64,000 nucleotides of DNA, taken from the NCBI GenBank assembly GCA_038063415.1, contig JBBTVD010000006.1, positions 299,914-363,913 of the forward strand, in the 5' to 3' direction. Within the stretch, counting starts at the first letter, position 1. Each line of letters starts with the position of its first letter. Of the stretch, positions 9,208 to 19,745 are shown in pieces. The notes below the pieces were generated by a model. That model saw nothing but the letters and a program-made list of their open reading frames with translations. It was not told the DNA's origin and did no database searches. The stretch is from Patescibacteria group bacterium (GTDB lineage Bacteria > Patescibacteriota > Microgenomatia > Levybacterales > UBA12049). The translations under genes and the position numbers were made by a program.

Positions 9208-10911
9208 ATGATAACGTTACCATATAAAAGGTCTTTCCTCTTTATCATTTTTTTAACAGTAATTGGAACCTTTCTTCACTTCTATAATCTCAATTGGGGA
9301 GCACCTTTTTACTTTCACCCGGATGAAAGGAATATCGCTTCAGCTGTCGCGCAACTTTCTTTCCCTGATCAGATGAATCCGAACTTTTTTGCCTATGGTT
9401 CATTACCTCTCTATGTTATTTACTTTACGGGCTATCTTTTACAGCTATTCATGCAGTTCTTTGACAAACAGATAACAACATATAACCCAACCTTTGAGCA
9501 GGCAGTTATTATTAGTCGATTCTACTCAGCAATGTTTGCGACCTTGTTAATCCCCATACTGTATTTAGTTGGTAAAAAGATGTCTTCTTCCCGTCATTCT
9601 GGGGAGCAAGGCGACGCCAGAATCTCTAACAAAGGTTTATTTAAACGATTCTGGACAAGCCAGAATGACGAAAATACAGGTCTCTTTACGGCATTCTTTG
9701 CGACGATGAGTGTGGGCTTTATCCAATTTGCTCATTTTGGTACGTTTGAAATGTGGTTGACTTTTTTTAGCATCCTTCTTTTTTGGCTGTGTTTACAGAA
9801 AGTCACCAGAAAAACGGTGCTGCTTGCGGGGATTATCTTTGGCACATTGATTGCCGTTAAAATTTCTTCACTTGTTCTTATCATCCTCCCATTGCTATGG
9901 ATTAGCATTGGGACGTACAAAAAAACGTCCCGGGTAAAATCACTGCTTCATATAATAAAAAGTTTGCTGTTACTGCTCATTATTGCGTTCTTGGTCTACG
10001 CAGTAAGTAATCCGTATATCTTTTTTGACACACCTGGCTTTCTTGGAAGTATGCGGTATGAATCGGGAGTAGGGCTGGGAACTACTGCAGTCTTTTATAC
10101 CCAAGCCTTTATGGGGACTATTCCCGTGCTCTTCCAATTCATCTCAGTATATCCTTTTTTGCTTAATCCCCTTGTGACGATTCTTTTTGTCCCAGTAGTA
10201 TTCTTTTTTACCTGGAAAACATTTCAGACAAAAAGGAATGCGCATATTATGCTCCTTTTATTTTTTATCATCCTTTTTGTTTCGCAAGCGTTTCTGTTTG
10301 TGAAATGGACACGATATATGGTTCCGACCTTACCATTTGTATATCTTATACTTAGCATTATTCTTCTGCCTTGGATGAAAAAATTAAAGTATTTTGTGGG
10401 AATAAGTATCATTGTTACGACAATACTTTTCACCCTTTCCTATTTTATCGTTGCTTATATCCAACAAGATACGCGTTTGCAAGCACAAAAATTTGTGGAA
10501 CAACATATCCCACAGGGAAGCCATATCCTGAGCGAAACCTATGATATTGGCATCCTCCCGATCCAATATAGCCAACCTCTCATGACACAGTATGATTTTT
10601 ATGAACTTGATAATAACTCATTTGAGTATACGCCGCAAACACTTACCGAGGCACTCGAATTAGCAGATTATATTGTTTTCCCTAGTCATCGAGTGATCCA
10701 GAGTCGTCTTTCCAATCCAAAAGTATTTCCTCATGGACATACGTTCTATACGAATGTACTCAATGAAACAGCTGGATTTACCAAAATATACGAGACACCT
10801 TGCGACCTTTTCTGCAAGATTACTTATCTGGGAAATCCGATACAAGCCTACGAACAGACGGCAAATGTATTTGATCGACCAACAGTTTTTATCTTTCAAA
10901 AAAGTTACTAA
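9208..10911 (+). CDS. Polytopic membrane glycosyltransferase, GT-C superfamily (ArnT/PMT, GT39/83-like)
   Basis: More than 10 predicted TM segments. N-terminal YNLNW...HPDER motif shared with the paralog at 12526. Carries an in-frame mini-element at 9647-9670. Confidence 0.6.
   Translation: MITLPYKRSFLFIIFLTVIGTFLHFYNLNWGAPFYFHPDERNIASAVAQLSFPDQMNPNFFAYGSLPLYVIYFTGYLLQLFMQFFDKQITTYNPTFEQAVIISRFYSAMFATLLIPILYLVGKKMSSSRHSGEQGDARISNKGLFKRFWTSQNDENTGLFTAFFATMSVGFIQFAHFGTFEMWLTFFSILLFWLCLQKVTRKTVLLAGIIFGTLIAVKISSLVLIILPLLWISIGTYKKTSRVKSLLHIIKSLLLLLIIAFLVYAVSNPYIFFDTPGFLGSMRYESGVGLGTTAVFYTQAFMGTIPVLFQFISVYPFLLNPLVTILFVPVVFFFTWKTFQTKRNAHIMLLLFFIILFVSQAFLFVKWTRYMVPTLPFVYLILSIILLPWMKKLKYFVGISIIVTTILFTLSYFIVAYIQQDTRLQAQKFVEQHIPQGSHILSETYDIGILPIQYSQPLMTQYDFYELDNNSFEYTPQTLTEALELADYIVFPSHRVIQSRLSNPKVFPHGHTFYTNVLNETAGFTKIYETPCDLFCKITYLGNPIQAYEQTANVFDRPTVFIFQKSY
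9647..9670. repeat. Palindromic mini-element, core GATTCTGGACAAGCCAGAATGACG
   Basis: Perfect 8-bp arms CATTCTGG/CCAGAATG around ACAAG. Identical 24-mer at 21046-21069. Lies in frame inside a GT-C gene. Confidence 0.7.
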
Positions 10912-12459
10912 CTATTCAACTGTTCCAAGAAGAAATGCTTTATCTTTTCCATTGGGGTAATAGATTGTTTGTCTGATATGAAATTTTTCTTTTAGACGAG
11001 GTGCCATTACCTCTTCAGGTCTGAGAATATACAGTGTTGTTGAGCTTTTTGTGACGGAAATCTTTCCTGTGACTATTTTGGTATATTCCCTTTTAGGATC
11101 ATAAAATTTTGTGTAAATGTGTGGACCGTAGGCAATCTGTGGGGTGATAACAAATCGATCATATTCGCCGTAGTGTTGTTGTACATAAGTAAAAATCTGG
11201 CGGTATCCATACTGCCATCCCCCATAGGTCGCAGCAACTGTCTGTTTTTCGTAGGCAAGCAAGATTTTTAATTCATGATACCCAAAGATCATAAAGAGCA
11301 CACAAAGCGTAATGGGCACAAAGAGATACAAACGTGATAAAAATCGTTTGGCATGTCCAAGACTACCTTCAATACCATAGGTTATAAAAATGAAAAAGAG
11401 GGGGAGAAGCGCTACTGAACGATAACTGTCAAATCCTCGAATGGTTAATGATGCAGGTATCATAGCAAGAAGCGCCGCAAACAAAATGAGTTGAGAGAAA
11501 AAATCTTTTTTTATTGTTCTATAGATAACTATTCCTATTCCGATAAACAAAAAAATGCCAAGATACCAAGGAATCAGACTTGTACCGATAATACTATGTG
11601 TATAGACAGCAAAGTCTGGCGGACGATATGTCGATCCAAAGTATGCTTGCATTGATAGATGACTAAACAGGTTAGTCATAAAGCATGATAGTACTTTTTC
11701 ACTACAAAAAAGCGGGAGCTCATTAGCTCGATAAAAAAACGATCCATCAAGGACATAAGGGATAGCAAGAAGAAATGTTGTGATAAAGAAACTCAGTAAG
11801 AAAAATAGTTGCGACAAGGGTAATTTTATTTTTTTGGCTGTCCATAAGGAGAGTGCCATCATACCAACCGCAAGTACTTTACCAGCAGCATACATATAAA
11901 AAAGTCCCCCAATAGAAATTCCAAGAAACATGAGTAAGAAAAATCTCTTTTGGAACTTTTTTTCATGAAGTCTCTCAACAAAAAAGAGTGATAAAGCAAA
12001 AAAAAGCGCAGTCATCATAAATTCCATGCCAATACGAGAAAGTAAAAATACCCAAGCAATGATAGGCCAGCATAAGGCAGCCAAACAGAAGCTCACAAAA
12101 GAGACTTTTTTTCTCAGTAAAAGATACAAAATACACAGCAATAAGATTGAAGCAATCACACTCGTCAATCGAACTGCAAATTCAGTCAGTCCAAACAGTA
12201 CAATAAACGGAATAACGAGGTAGGTATATTCATGATGATTTCTTGTTGGATCACCAGGGCCCACATAAAATAAACGAGGAAGGAAATCTCCGCTACTACT
12301 AAGCCCATTATTTGTGAGCAAGTGATACGCTTCATAGCCATAGGTAGATTCATCAATAAAGAAGCCAGGAGGATTCTCTGTCAAACGATAAGTAAAGATA
12401 ATAAAAGGAAGTAACAAAAGAACTATCACCAGGAGAATTTTCTTCCATGCTTTCTTCAT
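10912..12459 (-). CDS. Polytopic membrane glycosyltransferase, GT-C superfamily (ArnT/PMT-like)
   Basis: Multi-TM protein. The true ATG is at 12459 (MKKAWKK), because the track start is non-ATG. Divergent from the paralog starting at 12526. Confidence 0.55.
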   Translation of the reverse strand: MKKAWKKILLVIVLLLLPFIIFTYRLTENPPGFFIDESTYGYEAYHLLTNNGLSSSGDFLPRLFYVGPGDPTRNHHEYTYLVIPFIVLFGLTEFAVRLTSVIASILLLCILYLLLRKKVSFVSFCLAALCWPIIAWVFLLSRIGMEFMMTALFFALSLFFVERLHEKKFQKRFFLLMFLGISIGGLFYMYAAGKVLAVGMMALSLWTAKKIKLPLSQLFFLLSFFITTFLLAIPYVLDGSFFYRANELPLFCSEKVLSCFMTNLFSHLSMQAYFGSTYRPPDFAVYTHSIIGTSLIPWYLGIFLFIGIGIVIYRTIKKDFFSQLILFAALLAMIPASLTIRGFDSYRSVALLPLFFIFITYGIEGSLGHAKRFLSRLYLFVPITLCVLFMIFGYHELKILLAYEKQTVAATYGGWQYGYRQIFTYVQQHYGEYDRFVITPQIAYGPHIYTKFYDPKREYTKIVTGKISVTKSSTTLYILRPEEVMAPRLKEKFHIRQTIYYPNGKDKAFLLGTVE

Positions 12460-12525
12460 ATTTTTTAAGCATACCATAGATCTACTGCTTGTTTTGACAA
12501 AAAAAACCCTGCTACAATACAAACT

Positions 12526-14175
12526 ATGGGGGCATCCAAACAAAAACTACTGCTTATCGCAATCATCATCATTGCCTGCTTCTTCCGCTTTTATAATCTG
12601 AACTGGGATCAAGGATATCACCTGCATCCTGACGAACGATTTTTGACCATGGTTGGTAACTCCATGCAGATACCAAATTCCTTTACACACTACCTTGATG
12701 CTTCCACTTCTCCGATGAATCCTGTCAATATCGGTTATCCCTTTTATGTCTATGGAACCTCCCCACTTGTCCTGAACAAATTGATTGCTGTCGGACTCGG
12801 GACTGATACCTATGGGGATTTTACCATCCAAGGAAGATTTTTATCAGGATTCTTTGATATTCTGACCTTAGTTTTTCTTATTAAGCTGCTTGCACTGCTC
12901 TGCAAGAAAAGACATCTTCCAACAGCAATCGTACCACTGGGAGCATTTTTTTATGCAGTTTCGGTGCTTCCGATACAACTCTCCCATTATTTTGCGGTTG
13001 ATACATTCTTATCCTTTTTTGTCCTGACCAGCTTTTATACCCTACTGAAGTATTGCTATGAAGGGAAAGTACGTTTTCTGGTACTCAGTGGCCTTTTGAT
13101 AGGCTTTGCCGTGGCAGCAAAAGTAAGTGCTGTGTACATTCTTCCGCTCCATGCACTTATTCTGTTGTGGAGCCGCGGGATGTTGCATCAGAAATTCTTC
13201 TCCAAACAATTTCTTGGCCGAATGGCTCTTTTTGGCGTTTGTTTTTATGTAGCATTGCATCTCGCGGGCCCTTACTATTTTGCCGAAGGCGCCCTGATCA
13301 ATCCGATGCCAAATCCAACGTTTCTAGCCAATATCGCAACCCTTAAATCCTATGAATCAATTACCTTTCCGCCTTCCGTACAATGGTATAGTACTACCCC
13401 AATTATCTTCCCTCTTTATAATCTTGCTTTCTTTGGTGTGGGCGTTGGCTATTTTATATTACTTGTCGCAGGGATCTTCTTCCTCGTTAAAAAATATCGT
13501 TATCCTGAACTCATTATTTTGCTCATCTGGGCCGGACTCTTTTTCCTCTATCAATCAACGCAACTGGTTAAAACAATGCGCTACTTTATCTTCCTCTATC
13601 CGTTCTTTGCTTTTTTTGCCACGGTAGGATTTGTTTCCATTTTTGGAAAAACAAAAGTATGGATACAAGGCATTGTCATTGCTCTTGTTCTGATCTGGCC
13701 ACTCTCCTTTATGTCAATTTATGTGCAACCAATGACAAGAGTTGCAGCTACCAACTGGATTGGAGACAATATCCCCCAGGGGAGTCTTATGCTCAGTGAA
13801 CTCTGGGATGATGGTTTGCCACTACCCCTTCCCAATAAATATTATCCAGGGGAACAGTTACCGGTCTTTGATCTGGATACTCCTGAAAAATGGCAACGCA
13901 TGGATGGACTGCTTGAAAGAGGTGATTATCTCGTACTCTCATCAAATAGAGGTTGGGGGAGCATCCCCAAAGTACCAGATCATTATCCACAAATGAGTGT
14001 TTTTTATGCTGATCTTTTTGCCGGGAAACTCCCGTATAAAAAGATACAAGAGTTTACGTCCTATCCTTCACTAACCTACCTAGGTATCCCGTTGACCTTT
14101 CCTGACGGCAGTGCGGATGAAGCCTTTAGCGTCTATGATCATCCACAGGTGATGATTTTTCAGCATGTTCGTTAA
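12526..14175 (+). CDS. Polytopic membrane glycosyltransferase, GT-C superfamily (ArnT/PMT-like), paralog of 9208
   Basis: FYNLNWDQGYHLHPDERF motif shared with the 9208 ORF. 549 aa, multi-TM. Confidence 0.6.
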   Translation: MGASKQKLLLIAIIIIACFFRFYNLNWDQGYHLHPDERFLTMVGNSMQIPNSFTHYLDASTSPMNPVNIGYPFYVYGTSPLVLNKLIAVGLGTDTYGDFTIQGRFLSGFFDILTLVFLIKLLALLCKKRHLPTAIVPLGAFFYAVSVLPIQLSHYFAVDTFLSFFVLTSFYTLLKYCYEGKVRFLVLSGLLIGFAVAAKVSAVYILPLHALILLWSRGMLHQKFFSKQFLGRMALFGVCFYVALHLAGPYYFAEGALINPMPNPTFLANIATLKSYESITFPPSVQWYSTTPIIFPLYNLAFFGVGVGYFILLVAGIFFLVKKYRYPELIILLIWAGLFFLYQSTQLVKTMRYFIFLYPFFAFFATVGFVSIFGKTKVWIQGIVIALVLIWPLSFMSIYVQPMTRVAATNWIGDNIPQGSLMLSELWDDGLPLPLPNKYYPGEQLPVFDLDTPEKWQRMDGLLERGDYLVLSSNRGWGSIPKVPDHYPQMSVFYADLFAGKLPYKKIQEFTSYPSLTYLGIPLTFPDGSADEAFSVYDHPQVMIFQHVR

Positions 14176-14183
14176 TATTCCCT

Positions 14184-15368
14184 ATGCATAGATCTTTTAC
14201 GTTCTTTCTTATATTGGGTGTTGGACTAAGTATTCACATATTTTTTTATCTTTCCGCGTATGTAACCCACTCGCTTGATTATTTCTTCCCAGGAGGAACA
14301 ATTCATGCATATCAGGGCATTGATTTCTTCCAAGTCCCCAATGGCATGCATGCATTCTTGCATGGTGGAGCACTTACTGGAGAAGGTGCATTAACCTCGT
14401 ATGCTTATGGAAATACAAACGTGTACCACCCATTTTTTACCCAAGTGGTTGGTTATTTCTTCCAACTTTTTCCACCCCAGACAGCCTTTCTCTTGTGGGG
14501 GGCAATCAAATTTTTTATTACCATTGGCATGGCGATACTCTTGCTTCTCAAATATTGGACAAATAAAAGTCTTCCCTTTGCTTTGCTACTCTTTTTTATA
14601 TTCTTTCCGCAGTATCTTGAAATATGGAATGGACAATATCATTTTCTGCTTACCACCTCGCTATTTTTTGTTATCTATGCTTTTCTCAATAAACAATCTC
14701 CCTTTATCATTGGCATCTGGTACTGTATCAGTCTCCTTGTTAAACCAATTGGGTTATTATGGCTTCCTCTTTTTGCCATACGGAGACAATGGATAGTCCT
14801 CCTCACCGGTATGGGGCTTTTTGTTGCAGTGAGTCTTCCTTATCTATTCAATGGTCATGGGGCATATTATTTTGTAAATCTTTTTGAGCGGGTGAATAAT
14901 CCAATAGGGGGACCACCAGGTATCTTTACGCTTGATGCACTCCTTCGTTTTTGGCAGATGCCAACCGAGATGGTTTCAGCTTTGCGGTATACAACACTCG
15001 CATTGTTAGCTTTTATTGAAATCAAATTTCGCCCCAAACTGCTTGTTAGCTTTTTCCTTTGGACAACGTCCTATCTCTTATTTTATGATTTTGTCTTTGA
15101 ATATCATTACACCATTCTTATTCCGATTTTTGTCTTTGGGGTGATGACAGAGAAAATCTTTCAAAAAAATTTTTCCAAAATACTGATGATTATTACTTGT
15201 CTTCCTACACCATTTTTCCTTATGCATTTACTCCAAATAGAAACAACTGGGGCACTCGTAACTGATACAGGATGGACACTCCTTGTTCTCTTCCGAATTA
15301 TCCCACTGCTCTTGCTTGGTTATTTAATGATTGCAGATCTTATGCAGAAGAAACCGACTCACCAGTAA
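14184..15368 (+). CDS. Hypothetical polytopic membrane protein
   Basis: 394 aa and about 10 hydrophobic helices. Sits within the glycosylation cluster. Confidence 0.4.
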   Translation: MHRSFTFFLILGVGLSIHIFFYLSAYVTHSLDYFFPGGTIHAYQGIDFFQVPNGMHAFLHGGALTGEGALTSYAYGNTNVYHPFFTQVVGYFFQLFPPQTAFLLWGAIKFFITIGMAILLLLKYWTNKSLPFALLLFFIFFPQYLEIWNGQYHFLLTTSLFFVIYAFLNKQSPFIIGIWYCISLLVKPIGLLWLPLFAIRRQWIVLLTGMGLFVAVSLPYLFNGHGAYYFVNLFERVNNPIGGPPGIFTLDALLRFWQMPTEMVSALRYTTLALLAFIEIKFRPKLLVSFFLWTTSYLLFYDFVFEYHYTILIPIFVFGVMTEKIFQKNFSKILMIITCLPTPFFLMHLLQIETTGALVTDTGWTLLVLFRIIPLLLLGYLMIADLMQKKPTHQ

Positions 15369-16488
15369 GTATCTCACGTAACACTTTGCCATTTACATCG
15401 TTATCAAGCACTTCTTTGGGGAGTTCTTTTCGTTTTTGAATCTCATTTCTTTTTTTGATAAACTCAATAACTTTTGCAGCCAAATCTTGATGATTTTCAG
15501 AGACAAAGAGATACCCAAAACCTGTCATTTTCACCAGATAGCGAAGCCCCCTGACATCCGTAACAATAGCTGGTGTACCGGCAAGCATTGCTTCTGCCTG
15601 AACAAGAGAAAAACAATCAAGACGTGAAGGAATAATAATTGCTTCTATAGTAGAATAAAAGGTTTGTAACTCTTCGGCATTAAGTAATCCAAGAAAAGTA
15701 ATGTGCTCTTTTACACCCGAAAATAATGTAGCATTCTTTCCAAAGAAGTCTTCATATGGCATATCTTTTTGTCCGGCAAAAACAAAATGTGCCTCTGGAT
15801 ATTTTTCTCTAATAAGTGGAATTGCTTTAAAAAGAATATCAAAGCCTTTCTCCTCAACAAACCTCCCGGCAAATCCAAACAGCAAAAGCTTTTTCTTTGC
15901 TAATGCTGCAAGCTTTGGGACTGGTTTACTTTTTGGAAGCGCTGCCATAGGTAAAATAACTGGGGTAAACTTTTTGAGAAATGGACTCAGGACATGAGAA
16001 CCTTTAGCATAATCCAAGGTGTAGGTACTTAATCTATCAGCGAGCGAAAAAGAAGCAAATGACGAAATGTCAAAAAGTTTCTCAACAATCTTATTGGTAA
16101 ATCCTTGTGGCAATAACAGGTCTGCATGATGAAAAATAACGAGTCGTTTGCCAAATAGTTTTGTCAGAAGAGCAAAAGGAATGCTATTACTACAGGGAGA
16201 ATTTAGGAGAATAATATCATTTTTTTGCAAAAGGGAAATGAGTTTGAAGATTGTCTGTACAGAGTATTTTACCCTACTCAAACGAAAGAGATAAGGCTCA
16301 CGAATAATACGGATGTTACCATGTTGCTCAACTCTCGCAAGATCTCTCTCATGTTGTACTGTCAAAAGAGTAACAGGATAAAACTTTTCTAAGTAACTTG
16401 CGATATTATCAATTGCTTTGGCAAAGCCTGTCCAATGAGGTGTGTAGAAATCAGTGAGGATGAGGATACGTTGCTGTTTTTTCGTCAT
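15340..16488 (-). CDS. Glycosyltransferase family 4 (GT-B fold)
   Basis: C-terminal GT4 motifs (FGFAGRFVEEKG...EAMLAGTPAIVTD). ATG at 16488 (MTKKQQ); the ORF-track start is a TTG. Confidence 0.7.
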   Translation of the reverse strand: MTKKQQRILILTDFYTPHWTGFAKAIDNIASYLEKFYPVTLLTVQHERDLARVEQHGNIRIIREPYLFRLSRVKYSVQTIFKLISLLQKNDIILLNSPCSNSIPFALLTKLFGKRLVIFHHADLLLPQGFTNKIVEKLFDISSFASFSLADRLSTYTLDYAKGSHVLSPFLKKFTPVILPMAALPKSKPVPKLAALAKKKLLLFGFAGRFVEEKGFDILFKAIPLIREKYPEAHFVFAGQKDMPYEDFFGKNATLFSGVKEHITFLGLLNAEELQTFYSTIEAIIIPSRLDCFSLVQAEAMLAGTPAIVTDVRGLRYLVKMTGFGYLFVSENHQDLAAKVIEFIKKRNEIQKRKELPKEVLDNDVNGKVLREILTGESVSSA

Positions 16489-16547
16489 TTCAAACAAAAG
16501 CTTCTTTTGCTATTATAGAGTATAGTTAGAAAAAATGCTTTGTAATT

Positions 16548-17099
16548 ATGCGTATCGGTTTTGATCTCGACAATATTTTTATTGGTGGCCCACCTCTCAT
16601 CCCACATACTATCATTGAACGGATGTACAAAAAAAGAGATCATGGAGAACTCCTTTATCGTATTCCTTCATATCCTGACCAATTACTCAGGCAAATCATC
16701 CATCTACCAATGCTTCGTCCACCAATGAAAAAAAACTTGGTCTTTCTGGAAGCGTTGGCAAAAAAAAATAAAAACCTTTATCTTATTTCAAGCCGATATA
16801 AATTCCTTGAAAAAAGAACCGCAGCACTAGTTAAAAAACACAAACTTGACACACACTTCCACCAAATGTTTTTTAACTTTGCCAACGAGCAACCACATCT
16901 TTTCAAAAATGCTATACTAAAGGAACTAAAACTTGATAGTTATGTTGATGATGACCTTTCACTTCTCAAATATGTTGCAAAAGACAATCCAACAACAACC
17001 TTCTTCTGGCTCACAAGCGCCAACTACTCACAACCCTTGCCAAAAAATATTGTTCAGATTAGAGCGCTAACAGAAATAACAAAAGATAAAAAATTATGA
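16548..17099 (+). CDS. HAD-superfamily hydrolase-like protein (putative)
   Basis: N-terminal DLDN (DxD) motif and C-terminal YVDDD motif. Confidence 0.4.
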   Translation: MRIGFDLDNIFIGGPPLIPHTIIERMYKKRDHGELLYRIPSYPDQLLRQIIHLPMLRPPMKKNLVFLEALAKKNKNLYLISSRYKFLEKRTAALVKKHKLDTHFHQMFFNFANEQPHLFKNAILKELKLDSYVDDDLSLLKYVAKDNPTTTFFWLTSANYSQPLPKNIVQIRALTEITKDKKL

Positions 17100-19270
17100 A
17101 TCCAGTAGATTTACAATCAGTTATACAATGGTGGTTTGTTCTTCTTGTTTTGGGAGCTGGTTTTTTACCATTAACAATACTTATTTTCAAAAACTTCTTT
17201 GATCGAGGGTATATTTTCTCAAAAATTATTGGTCTGGGAATACTTTCTTATGTCAGTTTTCTGATTGGTGTTTTTCATATTGCTCCTTTCCGTACTGAGA
17301 CAATTTTTATTCTGGGGATATTACTTATCGCAGGATTTTTTTTCATCACCAAAAAATATGTTTCTGTTTTAACCTTTATCAAGCAACATTGGGCAATAAT
17401 CCTATTTGAGGAAGCCCTCTTCTTCACGACACTTCTTGCATGGGCCTATATCCATGCATTCGCACCAGATGTGCATGGCCTTGAAAAATACATGGACTAC
17501 GGATTTATCAATTCAATCCTACGTTCTGACTACTTCCCACCAAAGGATATGTGGTTTGCCCCTCACGTTATTAACTACTACTACTTTGGACATTTGATGA
17601 CTGCCCTTCTGACCAAAATCTCCTTTATTCCCTCCAATATTACTTTTAACTTGATGCTTTCAACAATTTTTGCCTTATGCTTTACGCAAACTTTTTCAAT
17701 AGGCGCCAATTTATTTGTACTCATGAAACAACATACCATGCCAGGAAGAATTAAAAGAGTTATTGCTGGCATTATGACAGCAGGAGTGGTCGCTCTCGGA
17801 GGAAATCTTCATATTCTGTATGCTTTTTTTAAGCCTTATCAAACAGATAATCCCCAGCCTTTTTGGACTTTACCATTTTTCCCGTTGGACTTTCCTAATG
17901 GGTATTGGTATCCCAATGCGACGCGTTATATTTTCAACACGATCCATGAATTTCCTATTTATTCCTGGGTTGTCGCAGATCTGCATGGGCATGTCCTTGA
18001 TATCCCTCTCGTGCTTTTTATTATCGCGCTCCTGCTTGCGCTCTTCCATCAGGAACACCAAACAGAAGCAACCATCCAGGTCAAAAAGAAAAGCTATCTT
18101 ACCTACTTTAGCGTGCACCCACTCTGGTCGATCGGTATTGGATTAACACTAGCTCTGATGTATATGACCAATGCCTGGGACGGAGCGATTTACCTTCTTC
18201 TGACTATTCTTGTCTTATTTAGTCTCTATAATGCTCTTCCCAAACATAAGATCCATACCTTTATTCTTTCCTTCGCGTTAGTTTTTCTTAGCTTTATTCT
18301 TTTTGCCCTCCCGTACAACAGTTACTTTACCCCATCTGCGGTATCTGGTATTGGTGTCCTTTGTGCACCCCAAGCACTTATCGATATGGGCAAATTTGGC
18401 CCGTTTTTGTTTGAAAAAGATCACTGCCAACATTCCTATTGGTGGGAACTGCTGACACTCTATGGATTCTTCTATTTCTTTATTATTTGTTTCCTGGTCT
18501 TTGCTGTACGAGCAAAGAAACTGCTGGAGACTGATCTCTTTGTTTTATTGCTCATCACTCTTGGAACGATCCTTATTATTATCCCTGAATTCGTCTATCT
18601 CAAGGACATTTACCCTGCACATTATCGAGCCAATACCATGTTTAAGCTTGTCTTCCAGGCATTTATGATATTGGGGATTAGCAGCATGTATATTCTGTTC
18701 CGACTAGGTGATAGAAAACCCCCTGCGATCCGTGCAATTTTCCGTTATCCGTTTCTTTTCGTCAGCGTTGTGCTGCTTGTTGCTGTGATGCAATATCCCA
18801 AGATCGCTATCAATTCATACTATGGCGATCTGAAAGACTATAAGGGCCTTGATGGAACTGTGTATCTCAAGACGCTTTATCCAACAGACTATGATGCCAT
18901 TCTGTGGATGAACAAAAATATCAAAGGACAGCCCGTCATCCTTGAGGCACAAGGGGATTCGTACACAGACTTCGCCCGTGTATCAGCCAATACTGGTCTC
19001 CCAACGGTTCTTGGTTGGACAGTACACGAATGGCTCTGGCGCGGTTCCTACGACGTCCCAGCACCGAGAATCGATGAGATTAAGACGATGTACGAGACAC
19101 AGGATCTAGCCAAGACGAAAGAGCTTTTGGATAAATATAACGTCGAGTATGTCTTTATCGGATCAATGGAATATCAAAAGCATCCAGAACTAGTTGAGTC
19201 AAAGTTTGATCAACTGGGAGATATGGTATTTGAGAAGGGGACGACGAAGATCTACCGCATTTACAAATAG
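17096..19270 (+). CDS. chlor_Arch_YYY / DUF2298 family large membrane protein (putative membrane glycosyltransferase)
   Basis: NYYYFGH signature. 724 aa with many TM helices. ATGA overlap with the upstream HAD-like gene. Confidence 0.6.
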   Translation: MNPVDLQSVIQWWFVLLVLGAGFLPLTILIFKNFFDRGYIFSKIIGLGILSYVSFLIGVFHIAPFRTETIFILGILLIAGFFFITKKYVSVLTFIKQHWAIILFEEALFFTTLLAWAYIHAFAPDVHGLEKYMDYGFINSILRSDYFPPKDMWFAPHVINYYYFGHLMTALLTKISFIPSNITFNLMLSTIFALCFTQTFSIGANLFVLMKQHTMPGRIKRVIAGIMTAGVVALGGNLHILYAFFKPYQTDNPQPFWTLPFFPLDFPNGYWYPNATRYIFNTIHEFPIYSWVVADLHGHVLDIPLVLFIIALLLALFHQEHQTEATIQVKKKSYLTYFSVHPLWSIGIGLTLALMYMTNAWDGAIYLLLTILVLFSLYNALPKHKIHTFILSFALVFLSFILFALPYNSYFTPSAVSGIGVLCAPQALIDMGKFGPFLFEKDHCQHSYWWELLTLYGFFYFFIICFLVFAVRAKKLLETDLFVLLLITLGTILIIIPEFVYLKDIYPAHYRANTMFKLVFQAFMILGISSMYILFRLGDRKPPAIRAIFRYPFLFVSVVLLVAVMQYPKIAINSYYGDLKDYKGLDGTVYLKTLYPTDYDAILWMNKNIKGQPVILEAQGDSYTDFARVSANTGLPTVLGWTVHEWLWRGSYDVPAPRIDEIKTMYETQDLAKTKELLDKYNVEYVFIGSMEYQKHPELVESKFDQLGDMVFEKGTTKIYRIYK

Positions 19271-19295
19271 TCTTGTCTTTGGTAAAATCCTTTTT

Positions 19296-19730
19296 ATGAG
19301 AAGAGGCGCTGAAGGAGAAAAACCACACAAACGTATACGAAAAATTGTACCCCCCTTAGCTTTTGCTACGGTAGTTAGTTTGGCTGGATGTGCAAATAAT
19401 GGAGAAGCGGTCCCGATCCAATCATACCCCAGTTTACGACTGACAGACAAAATAAATGGAACATACGATTTCTCATTAGAACAACGTGATGAATATCGCA
19501 TCGCCATAGTAGGGCATGATAGGGATGGAATAGATCTTCAAGAGCTTGAAGTAGCAGCTGGTACATTAGGACAACTTGATTGTGAAATTGACCCTAACAG
19601 ACCAGCTGAAGAGAGACGCGATGATCGACCAAATCCTGCAGAAGTAACAGTGTTTTCCCTTAATGGAGATTGTGTTACAAGAGCAGTGGATGCATTAGAG
19701 GAGATAGAACCACCTTTACCTACTGCATAA
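19296..19730 (+). CDS. Putative lipoprotein
   Basis: ATG at 19296; signal-like region ending in the lipobox LAGC. The track ORF start at 19194 overlaps the upstream gene and is rejected. Confidence 0.4.
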   Translation: MRRGAEGEKPHKRIRKIVPPLAFATVVSLAGCANNGEAVPIQSYPSLRLTDKINGTYDFSLEQRDEYRIAIVGHDRDGIDLQELEVAAGTLGQLDCEIDPNRPAEERRDDRPNPAEVTVFSLNGDCVTRAVDALEEIEPPLPTA

Positions 19731-19745
19731 TTAAGGCAGTTTAAA

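Noticed and set aside
19194-19295. Upstream extension of the lipoprotein ORF overlapping the YYY-protein gene
   Set aside because: It overlaps the 3' end of the preceding gene in another frame. A clean ATG with a lipobox-containing signal starts at 19296.
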